The notes: generated from the letters alone by a model not told the origin. DNA of 64,000 nucleotides from Candidatus Thorarchaeota archaeon (GCA_018335335.1 JAGXKG010000001.1:169801-233800), one strand, 5' to 3'. Numbered from the stretch's first letter, positions 39,150-53,011 are shown. Numbers and translations: made by a program.

Positions 39150-39388
39150 GGCATAATCTCTCCTTATCTTGTTTTGTAGCCCTTCCTCATGGAAGGACTG
39201 GCTTTTTGAGTCCTGCCGTGCTGACCTTTTAATAATTGCGATTTATCCTAAAACCAAAGGAATAGGTTCAGAAGGCAGTAGAGGTGGGAGTGTCCGCTTA
39301 GCGTGGTGTACCAGAGGAAACCAAATGTATCGTTATAGACAGAGGGGGCATGGAAAGAATAGAAATCGGCGCGATTAGCTGAGAGAGC

Positions 39389-40345
39389 CTATTGGGGTTG
39401 TTTTGTAGAAGCCCTCCTTTTTGTCAGAGTCTGTGCAATGATGACCCCCACAACCGTAAGAGCACCACCAATGAGGGTAACTAGCGTGACAGATTCTGCA
39501 AGGAGCGCAATAGAGAGAATGACACCCCAGACGGCAACAAGGTTCAGTCCTATTTGGATGGTAGAGGCTTCGATGTGTCTGTGCGCCTCATAATAGAGGG
39601 CAAAGCTAACAGCCGTGTTCACGACACCAATCCAGAGCATTAGAAGCCAATTACCTGATGAAACGCTGAAGAGGATGTCAATGTTTTCGGTGACCACCGC
39701 AGTCAGCCAGAGAAAAGGAATTGAAAATAGAATACTATAGAACGTAAATGATATTGAGTGTAAATTCTTGACCGCCAGTTTCCCAAAAATACCGTTGAGG
39801 GCGAAGAAGAACGTAGACACAAGAACGAGAATATCGCCCAACACGCGATTAGGTAGTACTGTGGACTCAAATGATGCACCACCAAAAACAATGAGGCTAG
39901 CTCCAGCAATGGCTAGGACCATACCCAGGACTTTCCAACGGTTCAACGACTCATCAAGTAGAGGTACGGCGAGAATAGCCGATGATAATGGGGCAAAATT
40001 GATCAACAGGACAGTATCACTGGCGTTAGTAAAGCCCAATCCAATGTACTGAAGCGCCTGTGAGATGAAAGGACCGGTCACACCCGCCGCAAGCAGCACT
40101 TTCCAGTTCTCTCTGATTACTGATTGGTCAGATGGTGCGTCAACAAGGAGTCTCGCCAAGAAGTAGAGTGGGGGGCAGGCAATGGTGTAACGTAATGCAA
40201 GGAATATCATAGGAGTTAGTTCTGTATAGACAAACTTGGCTAAAACGATAGACGAGCCCCAAGCGAGAGTAGTAAACAGAATTGCTAACCACGATTTGGT
40301 ATGTTGATCCATGTCTCCACTCTCATTTGTGAAGACAAAGGCCAC
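39389..40345 (-). CDS. EamA/DMT-family transporter (10 TM), inserted between rps7 and tuf
   Basis: Two EamA-like halves of 5 TM helices each. Size 318 aa. It occupies the position where fusA (EF-2) is normally found. Confidence 0.65.
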   Translation of the reverse strand: MAFVFTNESGDMDQHTKSWLAILFTTLAWGSSIVLAKFVYTELTPMIFLALRYTIACPPLYFLARLLVDAPSDQSVIRENWKVLLAAGVTGPFISQALQYIGLGFTNASDTVLLINFAPLSSAILAVPLLDESLNRWKVLGMVLAIAGASLIVFGGASFESTVLPNRVLGDILVLVSTFFFALNGIFGKLAVKNLHSISFTFYSILFSIPFLWLTAVVTENIDILFSVSSGNWLLMLWIGVVNTAVSFALYYEAHRHIEASTIQIGLNLVAVWGVILSIALLAESVTLVTLIGGALTVVGVIIAQTLTKRRASTKQPQ

Positions 40346-40399
40346 TGGTTAAAGAGGATTTGCTTAGACCTGTGGTTGTGAAACGACTGTAATGAGAGT

Positions 40400-41044
40400 T
40401 TAACGAGCAGATCGGGCTACGCGCTCACGCTCTTCCTTTCGAGAAATGGCATAGCTTCGCGTATCATTGTTGAAGGCAGCCATGAGCTCATCGACAATGC
40501 ATTCTTCGAGAGATTTCGGATTCTTGTGAGCGGCTCGGACAGAGCCTACTGCCAAATACTTCAGAGCTAAATCGATTCTTCGCTGAGGTGCGACATCAAC
40601 TGAACGGGGATATGCCATGCCACCATATGAAATCCGAGTGGTTTCCTCAGCTGGAGCTGCGTTTTCTATCGCAGTTACAAGAATTTGTATGGGGTTTTTA
40701 TCGGTCTTGAAATTAATCATATTGAACGCGCGTCGAACGGCATATATCATCCTAGCCTTCTTACCCGCCCAGCGTCCTGTCCTAGTTTTCTTCGCTTTCC
40801 GCTTGCCTGCATTCATCAATTTATTGATATAACGTTCAACGATGGGAACATCTGATTTGTGGAATCTCTTACCAGCATGTCGTCCTGCTGAGTGAGGAAT
40901 CAAAACGGGTTTCAAAGAAATGTATCTTCTCAAACCGATATCGCCAACTTGAACCCTAGTGGAATCCCATTTGCCGAAAAGCAGAAGTCTCGGTGGTGCG
41001 TGTTTTTCTTGTTCTTCAGTTTCAGTTGTTGTTTCTTCTGACAT
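40400..41044 (-). CDS. rps7: 30S ribosomal protein S7 (uS7)
   Basis: ..LLLFGKWDSTRVQVGDIGLRRYISL..AIENAAPAEETTRISYGG.. matches archaeal uS7. Confidence 0.85.
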   Translation of the reverse strand: MSEETTTETEEQEKHAPPRLLLFGKWDSTRVQVGDIGLRRYISLKPVLIPHSAGRHAGKRFHKSDVPIVERYINKLMNAGKRKAKKTRTGRWAGKKARMIYAVRRAFNMINFKTDKNPIQILVTAIENAAPAEETTRISYGGMAYPRSVDVAPQRRIDLALKYLAVGSVRAAHKNPKSLEECIVDELMAAFNNDTRSYAISRKEERERVARSAR

Positions 41045-41054
41045 TTTTCTTCCT

Positions 41055-41498
41055 CTACCGAATTGGTTTCTCGGCTTTACCGTAGATCAATGATTCCAAG
41101 GCTACACCATTGACTTTCACGACTTTCCACCGCACTCCAGGCAAGTCACCCATAGCACCGCCCATTGCCCCACCTATTCCTTCTACTAGCACCATATCGT
41201 GTTCATCGATATACTTCAGTCCACCGTCACCAGGAATAAAAGCGGTGATTTGTTTCCCATTCTTGGAGAGTTGAATCCTTACAGCCTTTCGAATAGCTGA
41301 GTTGGGTTGTTTGGATTCGATTCCCACTTTCTCAAGTACGATACCATTGGCTTGGGGTGCCCCTTCCAAGGGATCAGTCTTCTCTTTCAAATTGAGAAGC
41401 TTCCGTTTTACACTGGCTTTTTTCCAGCGGAATTTCTTACGTTTCCTTTTCAGGTCTCTTGCTGCGAATTCACCCATCGGGCTTTTCTTTCCGGTCAA
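41055..41498 (-). CDS. rps12: 30S ribosomal protein S12 (uS12)
   Basis: ..[36 protein letters not shown].. matches the uS12 consensus. Confidence 0.9.
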   Translation of the reverse strand: MTGKKSPMGEFAARDLKRKRKKFRWKKASVKRKLLNLKEKTDPLEGAPQANGIVLEKVGIESKQPNSAIRKAVRIQLSKNGKQITAFIPGDGGLKYIDEHDMVLVEGIGGAMGGAMGDLPGVRWKVVKVNGVALESLIYGKAEKPIR

Positions 41499-41662
41499 AT
41501 CATAACATCTCCTAGTGCTAATACTAAAACACCATTCATGGTGTTCTCTACGGTGGGTCAGGGCAAAGCCACTCCTAGAGGCTTAAAAGAATTATGCCAC
41601 GACAAAAGATCTCCTATCAGCCATGACCACAAAGAAACAAGTAATGAAAATCAAGGGTATCT

Positions 41663-42106
41663 TCAATCTATTACAACTTGGTCCACATCAAAGTGGCGTT
41701 GTGCGAGAATCCGGGCTCGTGCCACATTGCGCCCTTGTTTGCCAATAGCAATACCGCGGTCTTTGTCATTAACTTTCACCGAGGCAACCTTGCGACCGTT
41801 CTTCTGCTCCCTGATGTTTACTTCATCAACACGTGCTGGGGACAATGCATTCTTCACGAAGTCTTCTGGATTATCTGCATCCTCGACTATGTCGATTTCC
41901 TTATCAAAGATTTCAGCAGCTTTTTTCACATGAGAGCCTCGGGGACCGATTGCCTTGCCCAAGTGTTTTCCACTCACAACAAAAATGAGACGATCCTCTT
42001 CGGCAATTACATCAGTTGCAGGAGCACCGGTGATTTGTTCAAATTTGGCAATAAGAGCCATATCATCCATGGATATCTTTACTTTGCCCAAGAAATTCGC
42101 CCTCAC
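41663..42106 (-). CDS. nusA: Archaeal NusA-like protein (two KH domains)
   Basis: KH motifs AIGPRGSHVKKA and IGKQGRNVARA. Size 147 aa, standard position between rpl30e and rps12. Confidence 0.8.
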   Translation of the reverse strand: MRANFLGKVKISMDDMALIAKFEQITGAPATDVIAEEDRLIFVVSGKHLGKAIGPRGSHVKKAAEIFDKEIDIVEDADNPEDFVKNALSPARVDEVNIREQKNGRKVASVKVNDKDRGIAIGKQGRNVARARILAQRHFDVDQVVID

Positions 42107-42396
42107 GCCAATTCGAGGATATTTGAATCACCGGGTTCAATGACCGCTATTGCGGCAACCATGAATGGTTTGCCTATGACTTCACCCAAATCCCAAGAGG
42201 TGCCTTCAAATCTCTTAGTGGAGACATTCCCCATTTTGGCATAGTACTCAACATCTTCCAGTACATCAATTGGAGCGTTGGCAGCAACTACAACTAGTTT
42301 GGCCTCTCCCATCTTTATTGCACGGATTGATGACTTAGCACCAATACGACATTCGCCAGTATTCGCTGCACTAGCAATCGGCTGTTCTAGACTCAC
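42103..42396 (-). CDS. rpl30e: 50S ribosomal protein L30e
   Basis: ..GKLVVVAANAP..VEYYAK..STKRFEGTSWDLG.. matches L30e. Size 97 aa. Confidence 0.8.
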   Translation of the reverse strand: MSLEQPIASAANTGECRIGAKSSIRAIKMGEAKLVVVAANAPIDVLEDVEYYAKMGNVSTKRFEGTSWDLGEVIGKPFMVAAIAVIEPGDSNILELA

Positions 42397-42498
42397 TATT
42401 AGGACCTCGTTCTTTGATTGTAGGCTAGGCCTTTACAGTAAATGGCCAGATAGATGACCTGTTTTAATGTTTCCGACATGTATCCTCAACTCTTGTCT

Positions 42499-46363
<3,865 letters not shown>

Positions 46364-49300
46364 CTAGATCAACTCCTTTAGCCTTAGTCGGGGTGCAAGC
46401 CCTAGCGACATCATTTCTTGGCAGAGCAATTTGAAAGCATATGATACAACAACTCTACTTACCTTTGCATCCGAACCGCAAATCGGGCAGTAGTAGCTAT
46501 CACGGTTACGGTCATATACGCCAATCAGGCCGCATTCTTCACAGACAAGCATTGTGCTCCTGTCTGATTCCTCAAGGAGACGACCTTTGAGAAGCATTGC
46601 AGCACCATGTCCGATAAGTACATCTCGTTCCATCTCTCCAAAACGAAGACCTCCTTCGCGAGCACGACCTTCCGTTGGCTGCCTAGTGAGAATCTGTACA
46701 GGGCCTCGTGCACGAGCATGGATTTTGTCCGCAACCATGTGATGGAGTTTCTGATAATAGATTACTCCGAGAAAAATATCGGTCTTGAGCTTTTCACCCG
46801 TTACTCCAGAGTACATGGTCTCGCGGCCATTATGCTGGAATCCATGTTCCTTGAGGGTTTCAAATAGCTCTTCCTCTGTCACTCCGCAGAAGGGAGTAGC
46901 ATCTTTCTGTCGACCTTCGACTGAAGACGCTTTTCCAGCAATCATTTCGAGGATTTGTCCAATGGTCATTCTCGAAGGAATAGCATGGGGGTTAAGAACC
47001 ATATCTGGAACAATACCCTGCTCTGTGAAAGGCAAATCTTCCTGGGGAGCCAGATATCCAAGAACTCCTTTCTGGCCATGACGGGAAGCGTATTTGTCAC
47101 CAAGCTCTGGGACCCTTAGATCCCGCACCTTAACCTTCACAAGACGATTTCCATCAATTGTCTCAGTTAGAATTACGTTATCTACGACTCCTGACTCACC
47201 GTGTCTTACAGCAACAGAGGTTTCACGTCTATTTGGTGAAGTAATCTCGAACTCTGAATATTCTTCAAGGAATCGTGGAGGTGAAGTTCGTCCAATAAGA
47301 ACATCACCACCTTGAACTTCAACTTCTGTTTCAATAATACCATCTTCACCGAGATTGCGATAAGCTTCAGATGCTCGGTATCCGCGCACGCTTCTCTCAG
47401 GTATTTCAAATCGATCTTCCTGACCGCCAGGATACTTCCGTTCCTCGCTATCGTATACTCGACAGAATGTACTTCTGCTCAAACCTCTGTCAATTGAGGC
47501 CTTGTTCATAATCAAAGCATCTTCGATATTGTAGCCTTCAAATGACAGAATCGCCATGACCACGTTCTGACCTGCTGGGCGGTCTTCATAACCTATCGAA
47601 TCCATAGCTCTTGTCGTGACCAAGGGAATCTGCGGATAGTGGAAGAAATGAGAGCGGGTATCAGCACGATGATTAAAATTTGACGAGGGGACACCTATTG
47701 ATTGCTTGGCCATACCGGCCATGTATACGTTACGTGGAGACTGATTTCGTTCAGCGAAAGGTATCAAAGCTGCGGATATACCAAGGATAGTTGACGGTTC
47801 AATCTCCAAGTGGGTTGTATCAGGCCCAATATCATCGGGATACATTGCAATGAGGGCATTCTCTTCCTCCTCTGCGTCCAAGAATTCTACGAGTCCGTTT
47901 CGCATCAAGTCTTGAAACTGCCATTCTCCATCCATTACCATTCTGAGATGTTCTTTGGTCAAACGGCTCTTGCCATTCTCTACTACTATTAGTGGTCGTC
48001 TAACCCTGCCAGCATCACAGTTCACTTGAACTTCATGTGTGTTTTCATAATATGCGACGTTAGTCTCTGAGTCGATTTCGCCAGCTTGTCTTTTTTGGCG
48101 CATGGTTTTTGCTAGCACCTTAGGAGCAGCATGAACTCCAATAAGACGCCCATTCAAAAATACATCTGCCCATTTCTGGCCCCGTTTGCCCTTCAGACTT
48201 TCAATTGGTTCAACATCAGCTTGAAGGAGTACACGTTCGATTGGATCTTCGTCGGTTCCTACCGAAATGTACGCCATCATCGCAATATTCTTGACAAGAC
48301 CACAGTTAGGACCTTCGGGGGTCTCATTTGGGCATATCTTCCCCCAATGGGTAGAATGAAGGTCTCGAGCCTCAAAGTGAGGTTGTGATCGTGAAAGCGG
48401 TGAAACTACTCTGCGCAGGTGAGATAGGGAAGATATGTAGTTAGTACGATCTAGTAGTTGGGAAACTCCAGCCTTTCCCCCAACCCAATTTCCGGTAGCA
48501 AGAGCGTGCTTAAGACGTTGTGTAATAACATCTGCTCTAACCGCGGTTCTGATATTGGGTTTTCTACCGCGTGTGGCAGTTCGCTCCAGTTGATATTTTA
48601 TGTCACGATTCAAAGAGTACAATGCAACCCGGAAGAGTGACATCAGAAGGTCACCAGAGAGTTTTAGTCGCTTGTTAGCGTAATGGTCTTTGTCATCAGC
48701 CTTACGCTTGCCCAGGACAAGCTCTAGAAGACGCTCAATCATCTGTCCAAGGTAGTAAGCCTTCTGGAGACGATTCTCGGGATCAGTCCCAACGTGAGGG
48801 AGCAAATATCTGTCGAGAACCTTCTCAGCTCGCGAAAGGCGATATTCCTTTGTCTGACCAACGGCCACTCGCTTTCCAATATAGTCCAGTGCGTTGTCTT
48901 TGGTAGAAGCCTCTGGATCGTCTCTATCAGCATTTATTGGTGCAGACTGTTCAATAGTAACAATAAGCTCATTCCGGATTTCATCATCATCAGAGATGAC
49001 ATCAACAATTTCTCTGTCGGATTCCAATCCAAGAGCCTTGAGCAATATTGCCAATGGAATCTTACCTGGAACTGAGGGGAATGATGCTCTTAGTTCTCCG
49101 GTTCTTTTCCGTTCAATTGATGCTGGAGCTCTAAAGCCCCTTGATGTCGAAAATACCTTAGCAACATGAGTGTTGCTGGAGCTCTTGCTCGCCTCTTCAA
49201 TTAGAATCCTATTTGGTGCAAGATCTTCCTGGGTAACCAGTACCCGCTCAGAACCGTTAATTATGAAGTAACCTCCAGGATCCTTGGGATCTTCACCATG

Positions 49301-49738
49301 TTCGATAAGTTCTTCATCTGACATCCCGTGTAGCAGACATTTCTCACTTCGAAGCATGATTGGAAGATCGCCAACATAAATCCGGAGCGTTTCCATTCTA
49401 GTTGATACAGAGCCATCTTTCCTGACCGGTGTCATCTCGAGATACAACTTGGCCGCATAGGTCAAATCCCGGATTCTAGCTTCATTTGGATAAAGCGGAT
49501 GCTCGCTTCCATCAGCTTCTCTAATTGAGGGTTCTTGTACGGTTACATCACCAAGCTCTACATGATAGTCCTCAACCTTGGGCGTAATCTTCCCAATGTC
49601 GTCGACCACTTTCTGTAACTCTTCGTTGACAAACCTGTTGAATGAGTTAAGATGCTGACCCACCAGGCCGTAGTAGTCGAAGAAAGCCTCAATAACCGGC
49701 CAGTAATTTCCACGTTCTTTTGCGTCTAATGCAGCCAT
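46364..49738 (-). CDS. rpoB: DNA-directed RNA polymerase subunit B (unsplit)
   Basis: A single 1124-aa ORF covering both Rpb2 halves (..GQKGVLG.., ..GEMERDVLIGHGAA.., C-terminal zinc ribbon CEECGL..CPICG). It abuts rpoA' with no gap. Confidence 0.9.
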   Translation of the reverse strand: MAALDAKERGNYWPVIEAFFDYYGLVGQHLNSFNRFVNEELQKVVDDIGKITPKVEDYHVELGDVTVQEPSIREADGSEHPLYPNEARIRDLTYAAKLYLEMTPVRKDGSVSTRMETLRIYVGDLPIMLRSEKCLLHGMSDEELIEHGEDPKDPGGYFIINGSERVLVTQEDLAPNRILIEEASKSSSNTHVAKVFSTSRGFRAPASIERKRTGELRASFPSVPGKIPLAILLKALGLESDREIVDVISDDDEIRNELIVTIEQSAPINADRDDPEASTKDNALDYIGKRVAVGQTKEYRLSRAEKVLDRYLLPHVGTDPENRLQKAYYLGQMIERLLELVLGKRKADDKDHYANKRLKLSGDLLMSLFRVALYSLNRDIKYQLERTATRGRKPNIRTAVRADVITQRLKHALATGNWVGGKAGVSQLLDRTNYISSLSHLRRVVSPLSRSQPHFEARDLHSTHWGKICPNETPEGPNCGLVKNIAMMAYISVGTDEDPIERVLLQADVEPIESLKGKRGQKWADVFLNGRLIGVHAAPKVLAKTMRQKRQAGEIDSETNVAYYENTHEVQVNCDAGRVRRPLIVVENGKSRLTKEHLRMVMDGEWQFQDLMRNGLVEFLDAEEEENALIAMYPDDIGPDTTHLEIEPSTILGISAALIPFAERNQSPRNVYMAGMAKQSIGVPSSNFNHRADTRSHFFHYPQIPLVTTRAMDSIGYEDRPAGQNVVMAILSFEGYNIEDALIMNKASIDRGLSRSTFCRVYDSEERKYPGGQEDRFEIPERSVRGYRASEAYRNLGEDGIIETEVEVQGGDVLIGRTSPPRFLEEYSEFEITSPNRRETSVAVRHGESGVVDNVILTETIDGNRLVKVKVRDLRVPELGDKYASRHGQKGVLGYLAPQEDLPFTEQGIVPDMVLNPHAIPSRMTIGQILEMIAGKASSVEGRQKDATPFCGVTEEELFETLKEHGFQHNGRETMYSGVTGEKLKTDIFLGVIYYQKLHHMVADKIHARARGPVQILTRQPTEGRAREGGLRFGEMERDVLIGHGAAMLLKGRLLEESDRSTMLVCEECGLIGVYDRNRDSYYCPICGSDAKVSRVVVSYAFKLLCQEMMSLGLAPRLRLKELI

Positions 49739-49910
49739 ATTATGACACCTTTCCGAGATGGACGGGGGTACTACTGCCAGAAATCAGACTCATGCTTCCC
49801 TTCGCATGGAACCCAGAAAATCCGAGCTCGTACATTCCCAGCAATAGACGCCCCGTTGATTGTTCAGCTCTATCAGAACGCAACCGACTCCTGCTACTGC
49901 ACATGCACGA

Positions 49911-50017
49911 TGGCGGGCTCGGCGGGAGTTTCACATCTCTTGGAAACCAAGAGAGGCTTTGAACCCGCGACCCCTAGGTTAAAAGCCTATTGCGCTACCT
50001 GTCTGCGCCACGAGCCC
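49911..50017 (-). tRNA. tRNA-Lys(UUU) with a ~30-nt intron inside the T-loop (position 58-60); CCA encoded
   Basis: Read on the minus strand. Acceptor GGGCTCG / CGAGCCC. D-arm GCGC-AGACAGGTA-GCGC. Anticodon arm ATAGG-CTTTTAA-CCTAG (anticodon UUU; 27-43 is A.G). Variable GGGTC. T-stem GCGGG...CCCGC separated by 37 nt (TTCAAA-[GCCTCTCTTGGTTTCCAAGAGATGTGAAAC]-T). The insert contains an 8-bp hairpin TCTCTTGG/CCAAGAGA. Discriminator G, then CCA. Confidence 0.6.
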
Positions 50018-50338
50018 GTGCATTGCAGTAGACCATGTGCAACACAAATGACTAGATAACGATGTACACCATTATCTTGTCTTTGATGCGGCATATGGCC
50101 ATGCATGAGTGGGAAGCAATCCTGCTTGAGCATCGAACGGGAATTTTGTATGAATAAAAGATTTTCCTTAAGACAAGCTAATTTGGCATATCATCTGCTC
50201 AAATGAGGGCAATGCACTGAGAAAATATATTGTGTAGATTACAAAAAAGGGTTATGCTGATGGTTTGACAACGACAACTTTAATAGAACTCTGCAAGTGG
50301 CCCCGTTGACTCGTCCAAGTATGGACAGGTTCAGTAGT

Positions 50339-50479
50339 GCCCCGGTAGTGTAGTCTGGCCATATCTATAGAAACGGTCTATAGGTATCAGAATAGCATCC
50401 GAGACTGTCACTATCACGATGTATAGCCATCGTGTCGGCCAATCTCGGGACTCGGGTTCAACTCCCGACCGGGGCGCCA
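50339..50479 (+). tRNA. tRNA-Asp(GUC) with two introns (one near the D-loop/D-stem junction, one canonical at 37/38); CCA encoded
   Basis: Acceptor GCCCCGG / CCGGGGC. D-arm GTGT-AGTCTGGCCAT..[~32 nt, about 50363-50394, with hairpin CTATAG-AAACGGT-CTATAG]..GCAT. Anticodon arm CGAGA-CTGTCA|[31 nt, 50411-50441, hairpin CACGATG/CATCGTG]|A-TCTCG (anticodon GTC). Variable GGAC. T-arm TCGGG-TTCAACT-CCCGA. Discriminator G, then CCA. Total 138 nt, about 75 nt mature. Confidence 0.55.
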
Positions 50480-50540
50480 CATTCGTTTTCTACTGATAGG
50501 GCAAGGTTAAGATGTGTTCTCATGCAATTAGTGGTGTTCC

Positions 50541-51011
50541 ATGATTGACTGCATACAGCTTCTATTCGAACATAATATCAAATGCAGGAAGCCACTTCTA
50601 TCCGCCATAGAAAGAAATCTTTCTGAAGATGACTTCACACGAAACCTAGGAGTCGGGCATTCATCAATTCGGAATATCTTGGTTCATATCGTTAATAGCG
50701 AGTCGTACTGGATTGATGAAGTCCTCAGCAGGAAAGAAAGGAAGTTTTACGATCCAGATGGGATTTCACGCGTTAATGATGTAAGGGGTTTGTTTGAAGA
50801 GAGGGAAGAAAAGACACAGGAATATCTTTCGAACCTGATAGTAAATGACCTACAGAATGTGGAGACCGTTATTTGGGATGGCGTAACCAACAACTTTACA
50901 GTTGCTAAGGCGTTATTACATGTAGCTACGCATGAAACTCACCATCGTGGTCTGATAATAGGACTCATCAGGAAACGCGATGGGCAACCACCGGATGTAA
51001 ATATACTCTGA
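50541..51011 (+). CDS. DinB/YfiT-like (DinB_2) four-helix-bundle metal-binding protein
   Basis: Conserved His positions (..ILVHIVNSESYW.., ..HVATHETHHRG..) and size (156 aa) fit the DinB_2 family. Assignment from memory. Confidence 0.45.
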   Translation: MIDCIQLLFEHNIKCRKPLLSAIERNLSEDDFTRNLGVGHSSIRNILVHIVNSESYWIDEVLSRKERKFYDPDGISRVNDVRGLFEEREEKTQEYLSNLIVNDLQNVETVIWDGVTNNFTVAKALLHVATHETHHRGLIIGLIRKRDGQPPDVNIL

Positions 51012-51015
51012 AAAG

Positions 51016-52023
51016 GTGAAAAATATGACAGAATTCCTCGATGCGTGCTACGAAGCAATTACCAAACAGAAAGCCGCAATTGGAGATACCATCGATAACG
51101 TAGATACTTCAGCAGCTTCCATCGTATCAGGTAGTGAGATAGTTGTTCTCACGGGGTGCGGAGACTCCTTGGCCGTAGCAGAATACGGAAAATGGGCATT
51201 CCTGAGCCAAGGTATCAATGCACTTGTTGTATCGCCACCAGAAGTCGAACGATTGTCTCTTGATGATGCATCTGCATTGATTGCCGTGTCTGCTTCAGGT
51301 CGAAGCCTCACGACTATAGATGCACTTCGCAAAGCAGGTGAGATGGGCGCTTCCAGCATTCTTCTAACTGATAACCCGGAAGGGAGTGCAGCAGAACATG
51401 CTGAGACTGTCTGGGTGACGAAATCTCACGTTACATCCCATGATATCAGTCCCTCTTCACCGACTACAACTGCAATGGCATATTTGTTGACAATAGCAAA
51501 TAGCATTGAAAGCGGATATGACGAAGATTTGGCTGATGATGTTAAGGTTCTCAAATCAGATGCCGAACAGATTCTTGTATGGGCTGAAGAAGAAGGAAAG
51601 AAGATGGCACAAATCATCAATCCAGGTAGTCGATTGTATCTGATATCGGAAGGGCCCAACTACGTAGCTGCTCAAATTGGCATGTGTAAGGTAAACGAAT
51701 ATTCGCTTACGTTTGCATCCACGATTCTCACAGAGGAATTTCGACATCATTACGTCTTGGCAGTAGAAGAAGGCGATTCTGCAATCGTAGTTTCTGATTC
51801 CAACAGAAATATGGTGCCATACATGAAGGCCCTGAATGACGTGCTTGGAATTCAAGCGTACCACCTCAAGGTTGATGATGAGTTGGATCTATCTACATCG
51901 CTTTCTCAGGTTTTTCCTAACAGTATAGCTTTGCAAATGGCCGCGTACTATGCTGTTTTGCACCATCATCCAGATAAGAAGGGGTGGAAAAAGTCCAATG
52001 TTTCAGCTTTCGAGATATACTAG
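51016..52023 (+). CDS. Tandem SIS-domain sugar-phosphate isomerase/deaminase (GlmS-C / AgaS / PGI-PMI-like)
   Basis: Two SIS domains (..VVLTGCGDSLAVAEYGKW.., ..IAVSASGRSLTT.. and ..LYLISEGPNYVAAQ..). Size 335 aa. It sits 4 bp downstream of the DinB-like gene. Confidence 0.6.
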   Translation: MKNMTEFLDACYEAITKQKAAIGDTIDNVDTSAASIVSGSEIVVLTGCGDSLAVAEYGKWAFLSQGINALVVSPPEVERLSLDDASALIAVSASGRSLTTIDALRKAGEMGASSILLTDNPEGSAAEHAETVWVTKSHVTSHDISPSSPTTTAMAYLLTIANSIESGYDEDLADDVKVLKSDAEQILVWAEEEGKKMAQIINPGSRLYLISEGPNYVAAQIGMCKVNEYSLTFASTILTEEFRHHYVLAVEEGDSAIVVSDSNRNMVPYMKALNDVLGIQAYHLKVDDELDLSTSLSQVFPNSIALQMAAYYAVLHHHPDKKGWKKSNVSAFEIY

Positions 52024-52045
52024 GAGGAAACGCGTTTTGGATACT

Positions 52046-53005
52046 ATGGAACAACAACTTATGAAAAGCGATAGACCAGAGATGCGCGAAGGCATTGCAG
52101 AATATATCAATGCACATCCTATAGAATTTCGAGACTTGGTGACTTCATTATTCGAAACCTCGGGAAAAGAGGATTTGAAAAAACGAATCATTAGTATTTG
52201 TGATCTGATTGATAGACCCCTTATGTGCACAGCCATAGGTCAAGCGGTAAATGATGAAAACTCGGATATACGAGTTTCAGGATTGCGAGCAGTCTATAGA
52301 ACACGGAGCAACGAATTCACATCTGATTGTCTTGAGCTAGTCAAAGATGAGAGACAACCTTTTGAGGTCAGGAAATGGGCAACTCATATTCTAGCCAGTG
52401 AACAACCTGAGAAATACGGAAGGGTTCTACGGCAGATTGCACGAGACCCAAATGAGAAGAGAAATCTTAGAAGAGAGGCAGTCCATGCCCTCACAAAATC
52501 GGATGATGACAAAACCGTCGGGTCATTGTGTGCAATACTTGGAGATGCAAATGAGAATATGCGCAAGTCAGCAGCATGGGCCCTGGGAAGAATAGGAAAC
52601 GAAGAGTCCATCGATTGCCTACTAGCCGCCCTTGAAGACGAATCTGAGGCAGTCAGAGATTGGAGTGTCCGCGCTCTTCGAGATATGGACTCCCCAAAGG
52701 CTATTCAAGGACTCATTGGTGCGATGAAAGAAGCACCACCTGAAGAACAGGTGCGAATGATTCGGTTGATTGTAGAGAAACGATCAGAGATAATCCTCAG
52801 ATCCATAGCTGAATTCCTTTCATCCCCACATACAGAGGTCAGGCGTGTAGCAGCATGGGCAATGGGAGTGTCACCATATCCTCCAGCTGCAGCCAGCCTA
52901 GAACAGCTTCTGGATGATGAAGATCCACAGGTTCGAAAATATGCCGAGGCAGCTCTGAGACGGCTTGGGAAGATTGATGCTAGCGAATTCGAATCTATGT
53001 TCTAG
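52046..53005 (+). CDS. HEAT-repeat (PBS-lyase-like) protein
   Basis: At least five repeats of the ..VR..A..ALG.IG....I..L...L.D.. pattern (e.g. NMRKSAAWALGRIGNEESIDCLLAALEDESEAVRDWSVRAL). Start moved to the ATG at 52046 to avoid overlapping the SIS gene. Confidence 0.65.
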   Translation: MEQQLMKSDRPEMREGIAEYINAHPIEFRDLVTSLFETSGKEDLKKRIISICDLIDRPLMCTAIGQAVNDENSDIRVSGLRAVYRTRSNEFTSDCLELVKDERQPFEVRKWATHILASEQPEKYGRVLRQIARDPNEKRNLRREAVHALTKSDDDKTVGSLCAILGDANENMRKSAAWALGRIGNEESIDCLLAALEDESEAVRDWSVRALRDMDSPKAIQGLIGAMKEAPPEEQVRMIRLIVEKRSEIILRSIAEFLSSPHTEVRRVAAWAMGVSPYPPAAASLEQLLDDEDPQVRKYAEAALRRLGKIDASEFESMF

Positions 53006-53011
53006 TTGAAC

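Noticed and set aside
41307-42244. 208-aa and 188-aa plus-strand ORFs across rps12/nusA/rpl30e
   Set aside because: They are antisense to strongly conserved ribosomal and NusA genes, so they are shadow ORFs.
49742-50059. 105-aa plus-strand ORF between rpoB and tRNA-Asp
   Set aside because: It overlaps the minus-strand tRNA-Lys gene, is Cys/Ser-rich with low complexity and does not resemble RpoH.
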